Assembly: GCA_013265495.1 (NCBI GenBank)
Contig: MU057989.1
Coordinates: forward strand, 387,513 to 451,512
DNA: 64,000 nucleotides
DNA from: Vicugna vicugna
Taxonomy: Eukaryota
Reading direction: 5' to 3'
Shown here: positions 11,101-23,929 of the stretch, piece after piece
Layout: every line of letters starts with the position of its first letter
How positions within the stretch are numbered: position 1 is the stretch's first letter
The notes under the pieces: generated by a model
What the model saw: the letters and a program-made list of their open reading frames with translations, nothing else
Databases searched by the model: none
What the model was told of the DNA's origin: nothing
Program-made: the position numbers and the translations under genes

Positions 11101-14100
11101 GTGAAGTGGATGTGTATGCCCAGGGAGAGCCCCCCAGAAGTCTTCCTTCTGGAGGTGGATGAGAGGCAGACTTCCTCAGCTTCTTGAATTCCAGAGGAGG
11201 AGGCCAAATAGGCCAAAACCTTCTAAAATAGGTTGGCTTTTAGAAAATGCCCTAAACCTGGTATTATGGGTTGAACTGTATCCCCTCCAAAATTTATATG
11301 TTAGAGTCCTAACCCCAGTACCCGAGAATATGATCTTATTTGGAAATCGGATTGTTGCAGATGTAATGAGTTAAGATGAAGTCATAGTGGAGTGGCGAAA
11401 TCTGGACACAGATACACACACGGGGAGAATGCCACGTGAAGAGACACAGGGAAAAGGTAGATTCCTACAAGCTGAAGAGAGAGGCCCAGAACATCCTTCC
11501 CTCGCAGCCCTCAGAAGGAGCCAGCTCTGCCAAGCGCTTGCCTCGATTTCTGTGGTTTAAGCCACCCATTTTATGGTACTTAATTTGGGCAGCCACGGAA
11601 ACTAAGATACTTGGTGTCACCTTCTCCCCTTGAAAGCCAGCGTGAGGATGGCATATGTCTGGGGTTGTAAATGGACAAGGTTATGACCACACAGTCTCCA
11701 GGAGGGAGACTTCTCTCCACTCCACCACGGAGTCTCAATATGGCCCTGACTAGGGGCAGTCAGTCCACTTCTTTAAATGCAGGTGAACTTGACTTTCACT
11801 ACTCCTGCACATCAGCCATTACCTCTTCTGTTGCCCTCTTTCTCATTGTCACTGAAAAGCTTCTGGGGACATTTTAAGTGGCTCTAGGGCACCTTTCCTT
11901 CCTTCAAGGAGGGAGAGGGCCCTTCAGATCCATTAAGACTGGACATAAGAAATCTTCTCATTTTTGGCTTAAATGGACAGGACTTAGTTTTTAGTTCTTT
12001 TGAACCAGAAATGTCTCCCCACCTTTTGTGTTTGATGGCAGTAACATTGACTTTTTTTTTTAAAAGAGGGCTGGTCAGTTGTCTTGTTCAATAGCTTATA
12101 TTCTAAAAGTGTCTGATAATTTTGCTCATGATTAAATTCAGGATAAATATTTTGGGCAAGAATACCATATACCTAATGCTGTGGACTTTTTAGCACATTC
12201 CATTGGGAGGTAAAGACTGTCCAGTTTGCTGTCACCATTATTGTGGTACTAGGACTGATCACTTGGTTAAGGAGGGGTCTACCAGGTATCGCCGCTGTAA
12301 AGATACAGTATTTACTTTGCAATTACTAAGTAATTTGGGGGAATGAAACTTGTAAATATCCTGTTCTCTAAAGTCTTTCTCTAAAAATTTAGCATCTGTT
12401 GAACCTGACAGTGTCAGTTGCATAGTGGAAATTTTCTAATTCAATTATTCTTCTATACTTGTTTTAGCTGTCATTATGCTATAAAGAAGAGCTTTCTCTA
12501 CCCCTTGCCTATGATTTAATTTTTTTTGATTATTGAAAAAAGGAGGAGGAGAAAGAGAATTCCTGAAAACAGCATCTCCTTTTCACAGGAGCCAACATCA
12601 CTGTGAGTATCTTAAGGGAAGGCTGGACCCTCGTGTCTCCCTGGGTTTCCCTAAGCAGCCCAGGCTCCTGCCTTCCACCTCCTTGGGGAGCATCCCTGAC
12701 CTCTGCTCTAAGCCACCTGGGATTATTGGAAAGGGTTTTTATTTTACTACAATTCAGGAGTTTCCCAAAGTCGGACACTTGGACCAATGCCACCCCCTCC
12801 CATCTGCCCTTTGTTATCTTTGCCTGTTTCCCATTGCAGTGTGGTAGGTCCCCATAGAAGTTTGGAACTCAGAGAGGGAGAAGAGATCCAACCAACAGAA
12901 ATGCAGTAGACAAATCCAGGCTCTGCGGGGTAGGCTCCTTCCCATGCAGGGAAAACAGAAGCAACTTAACGCATCCAAGAGTCTGGACAACAGCTTAACA
13001 GGAAGGCTGCTAAGGTGTACTTATTGAAATGTAGTTTTGCAAAACCAGAGTTTAAAGAAAATGTCTACTTTAACCATCTGAATTTTAAACATCAATATGG
13101 TTTTTGTAAAAAAGAAGACAATGAACAAAACAATTATAAAAACAATACAGACAAGTATTTAAAGTTGAAGAGTCTCTCTTCCTCTTTACTCAATCCCATT
13201 CCTCAAACACAGCTGTTGGCATTAGTTTCTCTAAATCATTTTGTGGTGAGTGTAAGAAAGTGTGATAGGGTCCTTGGAGATGCCCCCTCTTGCTGGGGGT
13301 GGTCTCCCTCTCCAGGAACAAGCTTGTCCCAGGACACCTGTTATCTCCCTGCCCCACAAGAACAGATGATTCTAAATACATGACCAGCTCTGCTTCCCTA
13401 TGAACCAGTATAGAATCTCAGTACTGATCACTTTCAGCTCTCTCCCTCCTGCAGGGGTGAACCCAGGCAAGGTCTGGCTACAGAACACCCCTAGCCTTAC
13501 CAGGAAGTTCTCTGTCTTCTTATCTCCCTGGGATCTCTGCTCCTCCCCAGATTTTCTTAAATCCTTCAGATGCTCCAGCTGCTTCTGAATTTGCTCCTGG
13601 AAAAAAGAACACTCATTGAAGTTTCAACTTGGCTCCTGCTATCTTTAGTTGGTGTCAACTCTAAAGGGGAAAATTTGCTTCAGAGAATAAAGCTGAGGGC
13701 GCTGCAGCCAAAAGCATAGGGAGGGGTCCCTGGAAAGAGGAAGGATGTATCTATCACACCAAGGGAAGCAAAACCAGGAGGCAGTGAGATTTCTAACGAC
13801 CTCTATGAGTACCCGGATTCAGCCATACCTGAAGTCAGATTCCCCTAGACCTCCAAGCTACATGAACCAGTAAATCCCTCTTTGCTGGCTTCATTTGTAT
13901 TGTGTTTGCCATTTACAACCCAAGAACACTGGCTAATGCACCAACCTCCCAGGGTTGTTGGGAAAATGAAGCAGGCCCCGGTGTGTTCAAGTGCCCAGCA
14001 GAGAAGGGCCCCAATGCAGGAAGCCCTACCTTGTATTCCAGGGCGGCCTCCTCAATGGGGCGTACCCGGTGTCCTTGGTGCTCCTGACTCAGCCTGCAGA

Positions 14101-17100
14101 TGAGGCAGATAGGTTCCCCGTGGTCCTCGCAGAAGAGCAACTGCACTTGCTTCATGTGACGCTTACACTGTGGCAGGGACTTGGGACTCAGGCCGACCAT
14201 CTGCAGGCCCTCCTGCTGCTCGCAACTTCCATAACTCTTCCCTGGGTGCAAGTCCTGGCACCGAGGGCAGCTGGGTGAGCGGCCGCATGAGGGCTCAGGA
14301 TCCCCAGAAGCAATAGAGCAGTTGCAGGAGTTGTGCACACAGCTGCCACCAACAGGGTCTCCTTCCTGGGCGCGGCAAAGGGGACACACAGCCTTGTTCT
14401 GCAGCCTTCCTGGGGATATAGCAATGGAAAAAAATCTGAGTGACAAACTCCAGTTGTTACCAAGGAACGCTACAAAACACATTAGAGAGAGAGAAGCCAT
14501 GCCTGGGACACGTGAGTTCTCAGACTGAGGCCTCTTCCTAACTTGTCCTCCCCTGACTTCCCTCCAGTGAGGCAGCAGAGGAGCCACTGGGACTGAGAAC
14601 TAAGGGCTAGATCTCATGATAGTCCTGAGACTTGGAATTCTTGGGTCTAAAGAAAGGCCTTTGGCTATAAATCCTATGCCTTCCCCCTGCACATAATGCT
14701 GACCTAGCAGGTGATAGAAAGACAGCGGGACATTCTGACTGGTGTTTGCTTTGTCACTTAAAACCACCCAGACCGCCCATAGCTTGAGTAGAGCTCCCAG
14801 GGGATGATAACTTGCTCATGGCTGGAACCTCAGCCTGTAGCAGAATCCCTGGTATGTGGTAAGTGTTTGGGTAAAGTGTTAAATGAAGGCACAGAGGGGC
14901 CACTGTTCATATCCAGGTTCAGAAAGCATTAAGTGACTTTACAAGGTTGAAGGCAACCCTGTGTTGTCAGATGATGGTTAACATGTTTTAGCAATAAAGT
15001 ATTTTTAAATTAAGGTATGTATCCTTTTTAGGATATAATGCTATTGCACACTTAATATAGATTACAGTATAGTGTAAACCAAAAAGTTCATAACTTGGTT
15101 TATTGCAATATTCACTTTGTTGTGGTGGTCCCGCAATATCTCTGAGGTCGGCCTGTACATTCTGGCCAAGAAGATAAATGGAGGCATCATGAGCAGCATC
15201 TAAAAACTTCTGAAAACCTTTCCTAAGTGGCTATTCTCCTTTGTCCCTCCATCCTGCTGCCTGGAACGAGGAGGCTACCATCAGAGACCATGACCTTGAG
15301 AGCAAACTCTCTGGAGCAGAAAAACCGCAGGAGCTTGGGTTCCTGGCTGTGCACGGGGTGCCACATTTGTCCTGGACCACCTGTGTGTCACTTGTGGGAA
15401 AGAGAAACAAACTTCTTTCTTGTTTCATTTATGTTATTTGGCATTTCTGTCAACCTGTCACATCCTAATTTCTGCCTCTTTAGTAAAAGAGACCTAGGAT
15501 TTTAGCCAATGGCTCCCCACCTGCCCCACCCCTGCCCAGAGAGAGGCAAACAGCAGAATCTCAGCTCCATGACATACTGCCATGGGGTATTGTGAGAAGG
15601 TGATACCCACCCTTTCCCAGATGCTCAACCTGGGCTTCATGAAGCCCTTGGGAATTCCAAAGGAGGACTTCAGAGTATCTAAGATATAACTCACTGAAAT
15701 GTATGCAACATTCTGTGAAGATGTGCATATATGCATTGTTTTTTCAGGATACAGGGCCTACATCAGATTCTCAAAGGGTTGAGGACCTCAAGGGGCACCC
15801 AGACATCCAATGAAATGAATACAGTGGGGATAAAAGCAGATTTATGGGGGAAACCTGCATAGGTCATCATTCCTAAGGAAGCCAGGTCTTCTAGATTCTG
15901 AGATCCTCTTACCTGAAGACGGATAGACTTCTGGATCTGAAGGCTCTTGGAGCACACCGCCTACCACCTCCTCCAAGGTCTTAGAGGTCTCTGAAGCCTC
16001 AATTCCATTCTGCTCTGAAGATACTGTGGATTCTGGGTGCTCCCAGGTCTTCTTTCCAGCCAATGATACATTGGAAAGTGTATTCCTGAGTGCTCCTCCT
16101 TCCAGGGTCATGGGATGTGGATTCTTGGATCCTCTCTCTGGAGCCCCAATACCCCCTACAGTCAGAATGGCCACTTCACGGGGAGTGGCTGCTGAGCCTG
16201 GATTCTCACTTCTCATTTTCTCTTGAAGCAGAAGAATTTCTGGATTGAGGGATTCTGTCTCTACTGGAGAAATGGCAAATTCAAGACTTTTGGGTCGCTT
16301 CTTTCCTGAAGGTGAATTTGCCTCAGATGTTTTCAATTCTCTCCTTCCCAGGGACCCAGCCAATGACCCACTGGAGAATCCCTGGAGCCTTCCCGCAGAG
16401 CTGGCATTCCTGCGTAGCCTGACGCTGGAATCGCTCCCCTTCTCCCCCTGAGGCTTGCTGGGGAATGGGCCTCTCTTGGAAGACGGAGTCATGTTCCTGG
16501 CCCCTGGCTTGCTCTGCACATCCAGGACCTCAGTGCCTTTCAGGTCTCTCCGTTTTCCCTGAGGCTTCTTCTGGGGCCCCCTACCAGCCTCGGGCTGGAT
16601 GGATGGTGGGCAGCCAGCCATATCACCACTTTGTCGCTGCTTGTCCCCTTCCAGGCCATCTGGTATCTTCAGGCTCTTGGGCTTAATCTCCGTAGAGGAA
16701 TAGGGCATGGCTGAGTTGTCTGTGCCACTTTCTTGCATCTGATACTCTGAAAAGACAGTGAAACGAGAAGGCATGAAAATGTCCGGTGCTCAGGATCAAG
16801 GTTTAGGGCAAGAGAGGGGAGAATCCTCTCAGAAATTAGAGAAGTTCAGGACAGTCTAGACAACAGTGGTCATTACCATTAAATAAGAACACACTCATTA
16901 TTTGCTATCTTATTTCTGAAATAGCACCTTTCAAACTTTTCTGGCAGGAGAACTTGTTACCAATATAAGGTCTTACACGGAATTCTTAATATGTAAAATG
17001 AGTGAAAACTCTAGTTTACTGGTATACATTTGTGTGTGATTATAGGTGTACAAAACTCAACCAATAAAGATCAGCAGAAAAATTTGAAATCAGGGGTTAT

Positions 17101-19032
17101 GAAGGACAGTTAAAACTTCAGGAAATAATTTCTTTCGGCTGTTTTTTTCTTTGGTTTCATGAGATGAAGAAAACCCTAACTCACGCAGATAAGTGTAATG
17201 GTGATTAAAAAAAACTTGCCTGGAAATTTCAGGATACTGTTTAACTAAACAGAAATGACAGGAAAGACTGAATTCCAAGGCCTACATAAAAAGGAGTTTT
17301 AGTATAACATGAACTATCACACTGATGGCCTCAAATATTTAAAAATTTGGTATATGATACATTTTAATATGAATGCTACTTTCATTAAGTTAAAAAATTA
17401 ATAAAATTTGAATCAAATATTTGTTAGCATTCTAAAGAATCCCTGAGATATCTTCCTGGGATAAACTTTGAAAACCACTACTCTAATAAAGAAATGAAGA
17501 TAACCTATAATTAACACCTTAATTTTTGGTGTGAAAAAGCCCTTATTAAAATTACTTTAAAGTTGCTTTAAACACTTTGCTGTTGGCTTTCTAGGAAGAC
17601 AGAAGTTACAAAACTGGCTCAAGAACTGGTGAGAAACCCTGAAGATGCTAATAGCCAGATTTTAAAATACCAAAAATTAATTTAAAAATTCTACTCATCA
17701 GATTACACCAGACTCAGATTACGGTTTAACTTTATCACTCTTCCAAAGGGCAGAGACTTTTTATGGTGTGTAAACTCTTCTGCCTTATAGAAAAACATGG
17801 AAAGCATTCCTAATGTATTCATTTCCCCCCCTAATGTATTCTTAAAGTCTAGAAATAGAAGAGAAATTCAAACATCAAAGAATAGTTTTTTAAACTGATC
17901 ACATATTAGTCCCCCACAAAGCTCCCCCGAAAGTCTTTAAAAGCAGAGATCACATAGGCCACATTCTTTGATCACAATGTAGTAAAGTCAGAAAGTAACA
18001 GCAAAAGGGCAGCAGAAGAAGATCAGGAAGGAAACAAGGAAAGAAAACAAGGAGGAGGGAGAGACAGGATGGAGAGAAAGAAAGAAAAAGAGGAAAAGAA
18101 GGAAGGAAAAGAAAAGAAAGTAGAAAGTCCTTTTAAGAATTTTAAAATACCTTTGTGGGGGAGGGTATAGCTCAGTGGTAGAGCGCATGCTTAGCATGCA
18201 TGAGGTCCTGGGTTCAATCCCCAGAACCTCCATTAAAAAAATAGTAATAAATAAATACACCTAATTACCTCCTTCCCCTCAAAAAAATTTAAAGAACACT
18301 TGTAACTGGTGCTAAAGAAGGAATCAAAACTGAAGTCAGGTGGATAACAATGAGATTACCCATCAGCCCTGTTAATATGAGTGGTGGGCAAGCGCTTCTT
18401 GCTCACCTGAAGTTCCTCGTCTGTAGGTAAGTGTTAATCACAAACGAAGTGAGGAATTCTTTGCCAACAGGCACCCAGCTCCTGCCTCTCTTGATCCTAC
18501 CCCATAGTGAGAACCTCAGCCTTTTGGGTTTTTTTTTTTAAGCCATTGGGAGCCTTAGTTTTACCCCAGCTCCAAAGACCAGAGAGGGGGAAAAGACTTG
18601 CTTGGCTTAAGTCACTAGGATTGTGGCGGACCTGGAACTCCTCACCTCCAAGTCAGGATGCACTGGTCAAACATACGTTCCCCCTTGCACCTTCCACCCC
18701 ACTCCATGAACAGCGAGTGGTCACACTGGGAGAGGAGGGGCATGAGGTCGCTTACCTGGGACAACGGCCCTGTGGAGCTCCTCTGCCAGGAGATGCTGGT
18801 TGATGGCTCTCAGGACCTGCAGGGTCAGTCGCACGGCATACTCTTCCCCATAGTGGGTGACCAGCAGAGTGGCCAGCTTCACTGGCTTGGCTGTCTGGAG
18901 TTGGCCCCGGGGGATCCGGGAGTGTTCCCTCTCCAAGCTGGTGTTCTGCAGCTTGAACTTGAACTTCTCAAAGTCATAGGGCACCAGCTCTTCCAGGGAG
19001 TACAGCAGATGGTCACTACGGGTCTTGGCCAT
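8187..19032 (-). CDS. MEFV: Pyrin (MEFV), ~673 aa: PYD, linker, B-box and coiled-coil, ending before B30.2. Exons 18756-19032, 15913-16746, 14030-14409, 13501-13596, 10832-11062, 10429-10451, 8782-8897, 8570-8602, 8187-8218 (stop)
   Basis: PYD MAKTRSDHLLYSLEELVPYDFEKFKFKLQ; B-box CKRHMKQVQLLFCEDHGEPICLICRLSQEHQGHRV. Exon sizes 277/834/380/96/231/23/116/33/33 with canonical GT-AG; seven of the nine equal the human sizes as recalled. The frame is open to TGA at 8187-8189. Confidence 0.95.
9255..9995 (+). mobile_element. LINE-1 (L1MA/L1MB-type) 3' fragment in MEFV intron 6
   Basis: aaccacaatgagatac...gctggtgggaatgtaagatggtgcag...gatgaatggataaacaaaatgt...gatggtggtgatggttgcaca, followed by an A-tail. 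Confidence 0.85.
11262..11612 (+). mobile_element. MaLR (MLT1-type) LTR
   Basis: Starts tatgggttgaactgtatcccctccaaaatttatatgttagagtcctaacccc and ends ttaagccaccc...ggcagcc...aaactaagatac, as in MLT1. Confidence 0.75.
14935..15155 (+). mobile_element. Internally deleted Tigger1 (TcMar-Tigger) DNA transposon fragment
   Basis: Ends in a Tigger1-like TIR cgcaatatctctgaggtcggcctg followed by TA; internal ttagcaataaagtatttttaaattaagg. Confidence 0.7.
18000..18125 (+). repeat. GA-rich purine low-complexity tract
   Basis: Runs of gaaa/gaag/gagg. Confidence 0.7.
18157..18290 (+). mobile_element. tRNA-Ala(AGC)-derived SINE (camelid-type)
   Basis: Head ggggagggtatagctcagtggtagagcgcatgcttagcatgcatgaggtcctgggttcaatcccc with A/B boxes, then AT-rich tail ...cctaattacctcc...A-run. 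Confidence 0.88.
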
Positions 19033-19059
19033 CGTGCTGACCAAGGGAGGCTGGAGACA

Positions 19060-19270
19060 TCTGTCTGGCTTCTGAGGGGAGCAAAAGCACTTTGGGAGCA
19101 AAAGCTCTTTGTCCTGGAGCCCAGAGGGTGAGTGAGACGAGGCAGCTTGTGAAATAACGGAAAAGGCACAGGAAATGTTCTGTGTTTTCATAGGAACTGA
19201 GACTCAGTTTGTGAGTATATCATTGCTGGCTTATGCTCTTTTTCACAGATTCAGAGTTTTCCACCTGGGA
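19060..19270 (-). promoter_or_regulatory. MEFV proximal promoter with candidate C/EBP and ETS/PU.1 sites
   Basis: Non-CpG promoter upstream of the ATG; TTGTGAAAT 19147-19155, AGGAA cores at ~19170 and ~19192. Motif matches only. Confidence 0.35.
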
Positions 19271-22049
19271 GGGCTCAATTCCTTGCCAGACATGTGGTCG
19301 TCCAGCACCCCAGCTCTCAGTGACCCAGGCTGGACTGCAGACTTCTTTGTCTGGAATTGGAATCCAGATTCTTGATCTTTGGGCAGACAATCATATGATT
19401 CCCTCACTCCTCCCAGGATACAGGGATGTACTGGGAGGAACAGAGCCCCTGGTCCCAGGGAGAGGACCATGATGAGGGTCAGCCCCTCTGGCCAACTGTT
19501 CTCCTCCAGACTCTTGGAATTTTATTGACCCTCTGGAGTCAATGACAGGGGAATGGGGAGCAGCAAATACAGCCCTGCAAGCTTTGCCCTTCCCTGCCCA
19601 AAAAGGCAGGTGAAGCCAGAAGGACACTGTCAGGAGACATCCCTGGTGTCGCCCTTGTTCATGTAGCTCCAGTCTGGTACTCACAGCAACACGAAAACCT
19701 CAGAATGCCATGCCTAGGACCACCATCCTGATTTGTTTGTCCCAGCGCCAACTCTGCCACAGCTTACTGGGAGCAGACTCTGGAGGGAGAGCGCTCATCC
19801 ATGCACATTTACTGAACACATATTCTGGACACTCCAGCCAGGATGCTGGAGAAACAGGGGTGCCAAAGGCATAGGCGTTCTTCGGAGCTCACAGCTTAGT
19901 GTGGGGCCCCAGTGGTGGCTCCGAAGCTAATGGATGTTGTATGGGGGGAGCTGACTTCTTTCTCCATTAACTGCCCTGTCTTTCTGCTATGTTGATTTTG
20001 ACCCTGAACTTTTTGTTTTGAAAAGTTTCAAACCCACAGCCAAGATAAGAGCAGAGTGCAATGAACACTTATATACCCTTTACCTTGGTTTGCCAACCAT
20101 TTATATTGTATGATGTTTAGTGATTCTCTTTCTCTCTCTCACATGCATGTACACGTGGACACACTTGTTTTTTCTGAAGAATTTGGAAATAAATTGAAAA
20201 CATATCAGATATCACTCCAAATACCTTAGATACCCTACATAATAAGGATACAAGAATATTATTTTATAATATAGTCAGTCCATAATCAAATTCTGCAAAT
20301 TGTCCTGATAATGTCTTTGATAGCTTTTTTTTAAATCCCCAATCCAGGATCCAATCAGAGATCATGCATTACTTTCAGTTGTCATGTCTCTGTAGTCTCT
20401 TTTTATCTAGAACACTTTCACATCCCCCTCACCTTTTAAAATTCTTTCAAGACATTAATGTTTTTGAAAAGTCTGTTCCAAGCAGAATGTCCCTCAGCTT
20501 AGACTTGTGTGATTGTTTCCTCATTATTGGCCTGAGGGTACATCCACGCACTTTGAGATCTCTCCATTGTAAAAGGTCATTTTTTTCTGTGTAATAAGTA
20601 ACCTGGGTGTGTGGAAATGCCCTGTTCTCTCACAGTCTTTCCTCCCATGGTTTCATTCATTGATGATCCTTTCCTAAATCAGTTGCTACAATGGTGGTTG
20701 CAAAATGGTGGTATTTCTATCACTTAGTTGGCATCATTTACGTATCCTGGTTTAAACTTTCTTTCTCATGACGTGTTTGGCTTACAGATGTTTTGTTGGT
20801 AATACAGTTACCCTTCAACGGTGATTAATCTGTGCCCGACAGAGTTTGCTTTATATCCATTATTTCCTAAAATCTCTGCAGCACCCCTTCAGTATAGAAT
20901 TCATCATTGCCACTTACACCCAGGATTAGTGGCTTAAAGACTTGTCCAGAGCCAGGGTTCAAACTCACTCTATTAACCATTTTGCTATATTGTCTCCTGC
21001 ATGATAATACTTTGTTATTTCATTGTTCATCTCTAACCACAGATGTCACGTTGTCACCAGTGAGGCTCAAAATGGGCCATGCTGACCATTCCCATAGGTC
21101 AGTTACAACATGCTCATGCCTGGCTGAACAAAACAGCTCTGTATATGAGCAACCTGGGATCAAGGCTTCCATGAGTTGTAGTTGGTAGAATTTATTTTAA
21201 TGTCTGATGGGTCCACGTGCTTTATATTTTACAGAGAGGTCAGTGTTCTGAGTTTAACAGCTGACAACGTCAGTTCTCTGGATGCTGCTGAGAAAATAAC
21301 ACCCAAACCTAATGTATTCCCTGAAAAAAAAAATGAATGAACCCAAATGCACCTTGATGGTGCAAATGTCTGATGTGTGAAATTTTTAGTTTGGACCAGA
21401 AGGTATTGACTGGGGTGTCTCTGGGGCCAGGACTTATACAAGATTCTGGAAGTCAACTTCCCACTGCTGAAACAGAGATGATGAAACTGTGCAATACCAC
21501 GCAGGGTTAGTTGCGTTCCTGGGATCTCTGACACCATCTTGACTGGCCAGGAAACTCCTCTTAGCTAAAACTCAGGCACCTATGACAGACTTGGGGAGGA
21601 ATTGGGCCTTTCCAGTCTACAGCAGGATATGTTGCAATTTCAGCAGCTCTTTTTGCAACAGGGGCAATTCTGTCACAGGGACTTCTTGAAAGGCAGTGTT
21701 TTGATGCTACTGTTTGGCCTTTCCAGGTCAAGAGAGACTTATAGAGTTTCCACTTTTGAGGTTCCAGTGATTTTCTTTTTAATGAAGAAATGTGAAAATA
21801 GGGTTATAGCCCTTTGGATTCACTTTAAATGTTTGATTTCACAGATAAAGTGGAGTGTTGATGGACTGACTCTTCTTTCTTGTACCTCTGTGACCATGTG
21901 TGCCCTTATTTGGGGACAGGATAAATCTAAATCCAATGCAACTGCTGCAAAGGCTCCAAACTTTGCTCTCCTCCTAAGTGATGCATAGTTCAAATACCCT
22001 GACCTTTACTCCACTCCTGGTCTTCAGGAGTATCTCTTTCTTTCTCTCT

Positions 22050-22488
22050 CTCTTTCTTGAAGTATAGTTACATACTTCAAGATTTACAACATTGTGTTGT
22101 TTCTGGTATACTGCGTAGTGATTCAGTTATACATATGCTTTTTCATTACTGCCCTTTACAAGAAATTGAACAGAGTTCCCTGTGTTATATAGTGCAGCCT
22201 TGTTGTTTATCTATTTTATGTATAGTAGTCTGTATCTGATCATCTCAAACTCCTAATTTATCCCTCCCCTACCTCTTTCCTTTTTGGTGGCCCTAAGTTT
22301 GTTTTCTATGTCTGTGAGTCTGTTTATGTTTTGTAAATAAGTTCATTGGTGTCCTATTTTAGATTCCACATACAAATGATATCATATGGTATTTGTCTGA
22401 CTGACTTCACTTAGTATGATCATCTCTACATCCATCCACGTTGCTGCAAATGACATAATTTTATTTTTTTCATGGCTGAGTAGTGTTC

Positions 22489-22531
<43 letters not shown>

Positions 22532-22865
22532 ATATCTTCTTTATCTATTCATCTGTCGATGGACATTTAGGTTGCTTCCATGTCTTGGCTATTGTAAATA
22601 GTGCTGTTATGAATATTGGGGTGCATGTATCTTTTCAGATTAGAGTTTTCTCTGGATATATGCCCAGGTGTGGGATTGCTGGATCATACGGTAACTCTGT
22701 TTTTAGTTTTTAAAGGAATCTTAATACTGTTTTCCATAGTTGCTGCACCAAACTACATTCCCACCAACAGTGTAGGAGGGTTCCCTTTTCTCCAAACTCT
22801 CTCCAGCATTTATTGTTTGTGGCTTTTTTTTAATGATGGCCATTCTGACTGGTGTTAGGTAATAA
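22050..22865 (-). mobile_element. LINE-1 3' fragment containing a (TA)n microsatellite
   Basis: Antisense L1 text (gatggacatttaggttgcttccatgtcttggctattgtaaatagtgctg...tacattcccaccaacagtg). Confidence 0.85.
22492..22528. repeat. (TA)n microsatellite
   Basis: About 18 uninterrupted TA units. Confidence 0.95.
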
Positions 22866-23929
22866 GGGGTATCACTTTCTATCACATTCATTTTTGCATC
22901 ATTTTGGGATATGTATATATATATAACTTTTATAATAAGAAAAAAGATAGTTTTAAAAGTATTTTATAATTAGCTTAGCCTCTAAGCGGATATCAGTCCT
23001 ATCCCCAGCCATCATCATAAAGTAGGTATATTATATTTGAATGTAATACATGCCTGTTATTAAGCGAGTGGAAAGAACTGTTGGGAAGATCGTGAAAGAG
23101 TTCCTGTATTAATCTGGAATTGAAAATAATGGATCTCATTGTGACTCAAACTCTCCCTCACTCATCAGTATATTGAACTTTAAGGGAGAAATCTGAGACT
23201 TTAAGAAACTAACCATTCAAGTTCAAAGTGTACTTCCAGGCAATGAACTTCCCACTAAGAAACATATTTTAACTGTGCAAATCAAGTTCTGGGACAACCT
23301 CCAACCTCCTGAGCAGGATGGGAAAGGAGGGAGAGGAAACCAGCTTCCCAAGTGGGGGTGGTGGGTGGCTTTGACCTGTCCGAGGTGTTACAGCAATGGG
23401 GTGCAAGTAGATCAGCTCACCAATGAGCTTCGTTTGCCATATGGTAACCTTAAGCAAGAGGCTTTATGAATTATAAAGTGCTATACACATTATTTATTCT
23501 GATTGTTAAATCTAGATGGACGGTGATTGTTTATTTCACTCTCTATATTTTTCCATGTATTTAAACATTTTATAATTAAAATTGTCTTCCTGCCAGTATT
23601 TATAGGGACCCAGGAGGCTGGCTTTTACCACCAAAGGCAACTGCTCTCCCTTACCCGCACTCTTTGAGTTTCGGTTTACATAATCCTGCCCCCACTCCCA
23701 CTTCCTCGTCCTCTCACCCCTGGCAGAGCTGACCTCTCCTGCCTGGTGCTCCGGTCATTCCTGCTCACCATCTTGCATTGAAACTGTTCCTGAGTTTGGA
23801 AATTGCACGGAGTGGTGGGGAAATAGGAGACTCCAAGATCTAGGACCTGTGTGACCTAGGCAAATTACTCGACTCCTCTGGACTTGTTTTCCAGTCTGTC
23901 AAGTGGGTCTTTTCGGAAATTCAATTAGG

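Noticed and set aside
18157..18232. tRNA-Ala(AGC) gene
   Set aside because: The acceptor stem is mismatched, and it carries the SINE tail shared with the copies at ~25.9 kb and ~60.3 kb, so it is a SINE.
19033..19191. In-frame upstream ATG extending pyrin by 53 aa
   Set aside because: No pyrin similarity, and it overlaps the probable promoter; the conserved start is MAKT at 19032.
21602..21988. 128-aa ORF, and a KELLKL match to the ZNF75A spacer on the opposite strand
   Set aside because: TTG start, no domain, and the similarity is too short to support.
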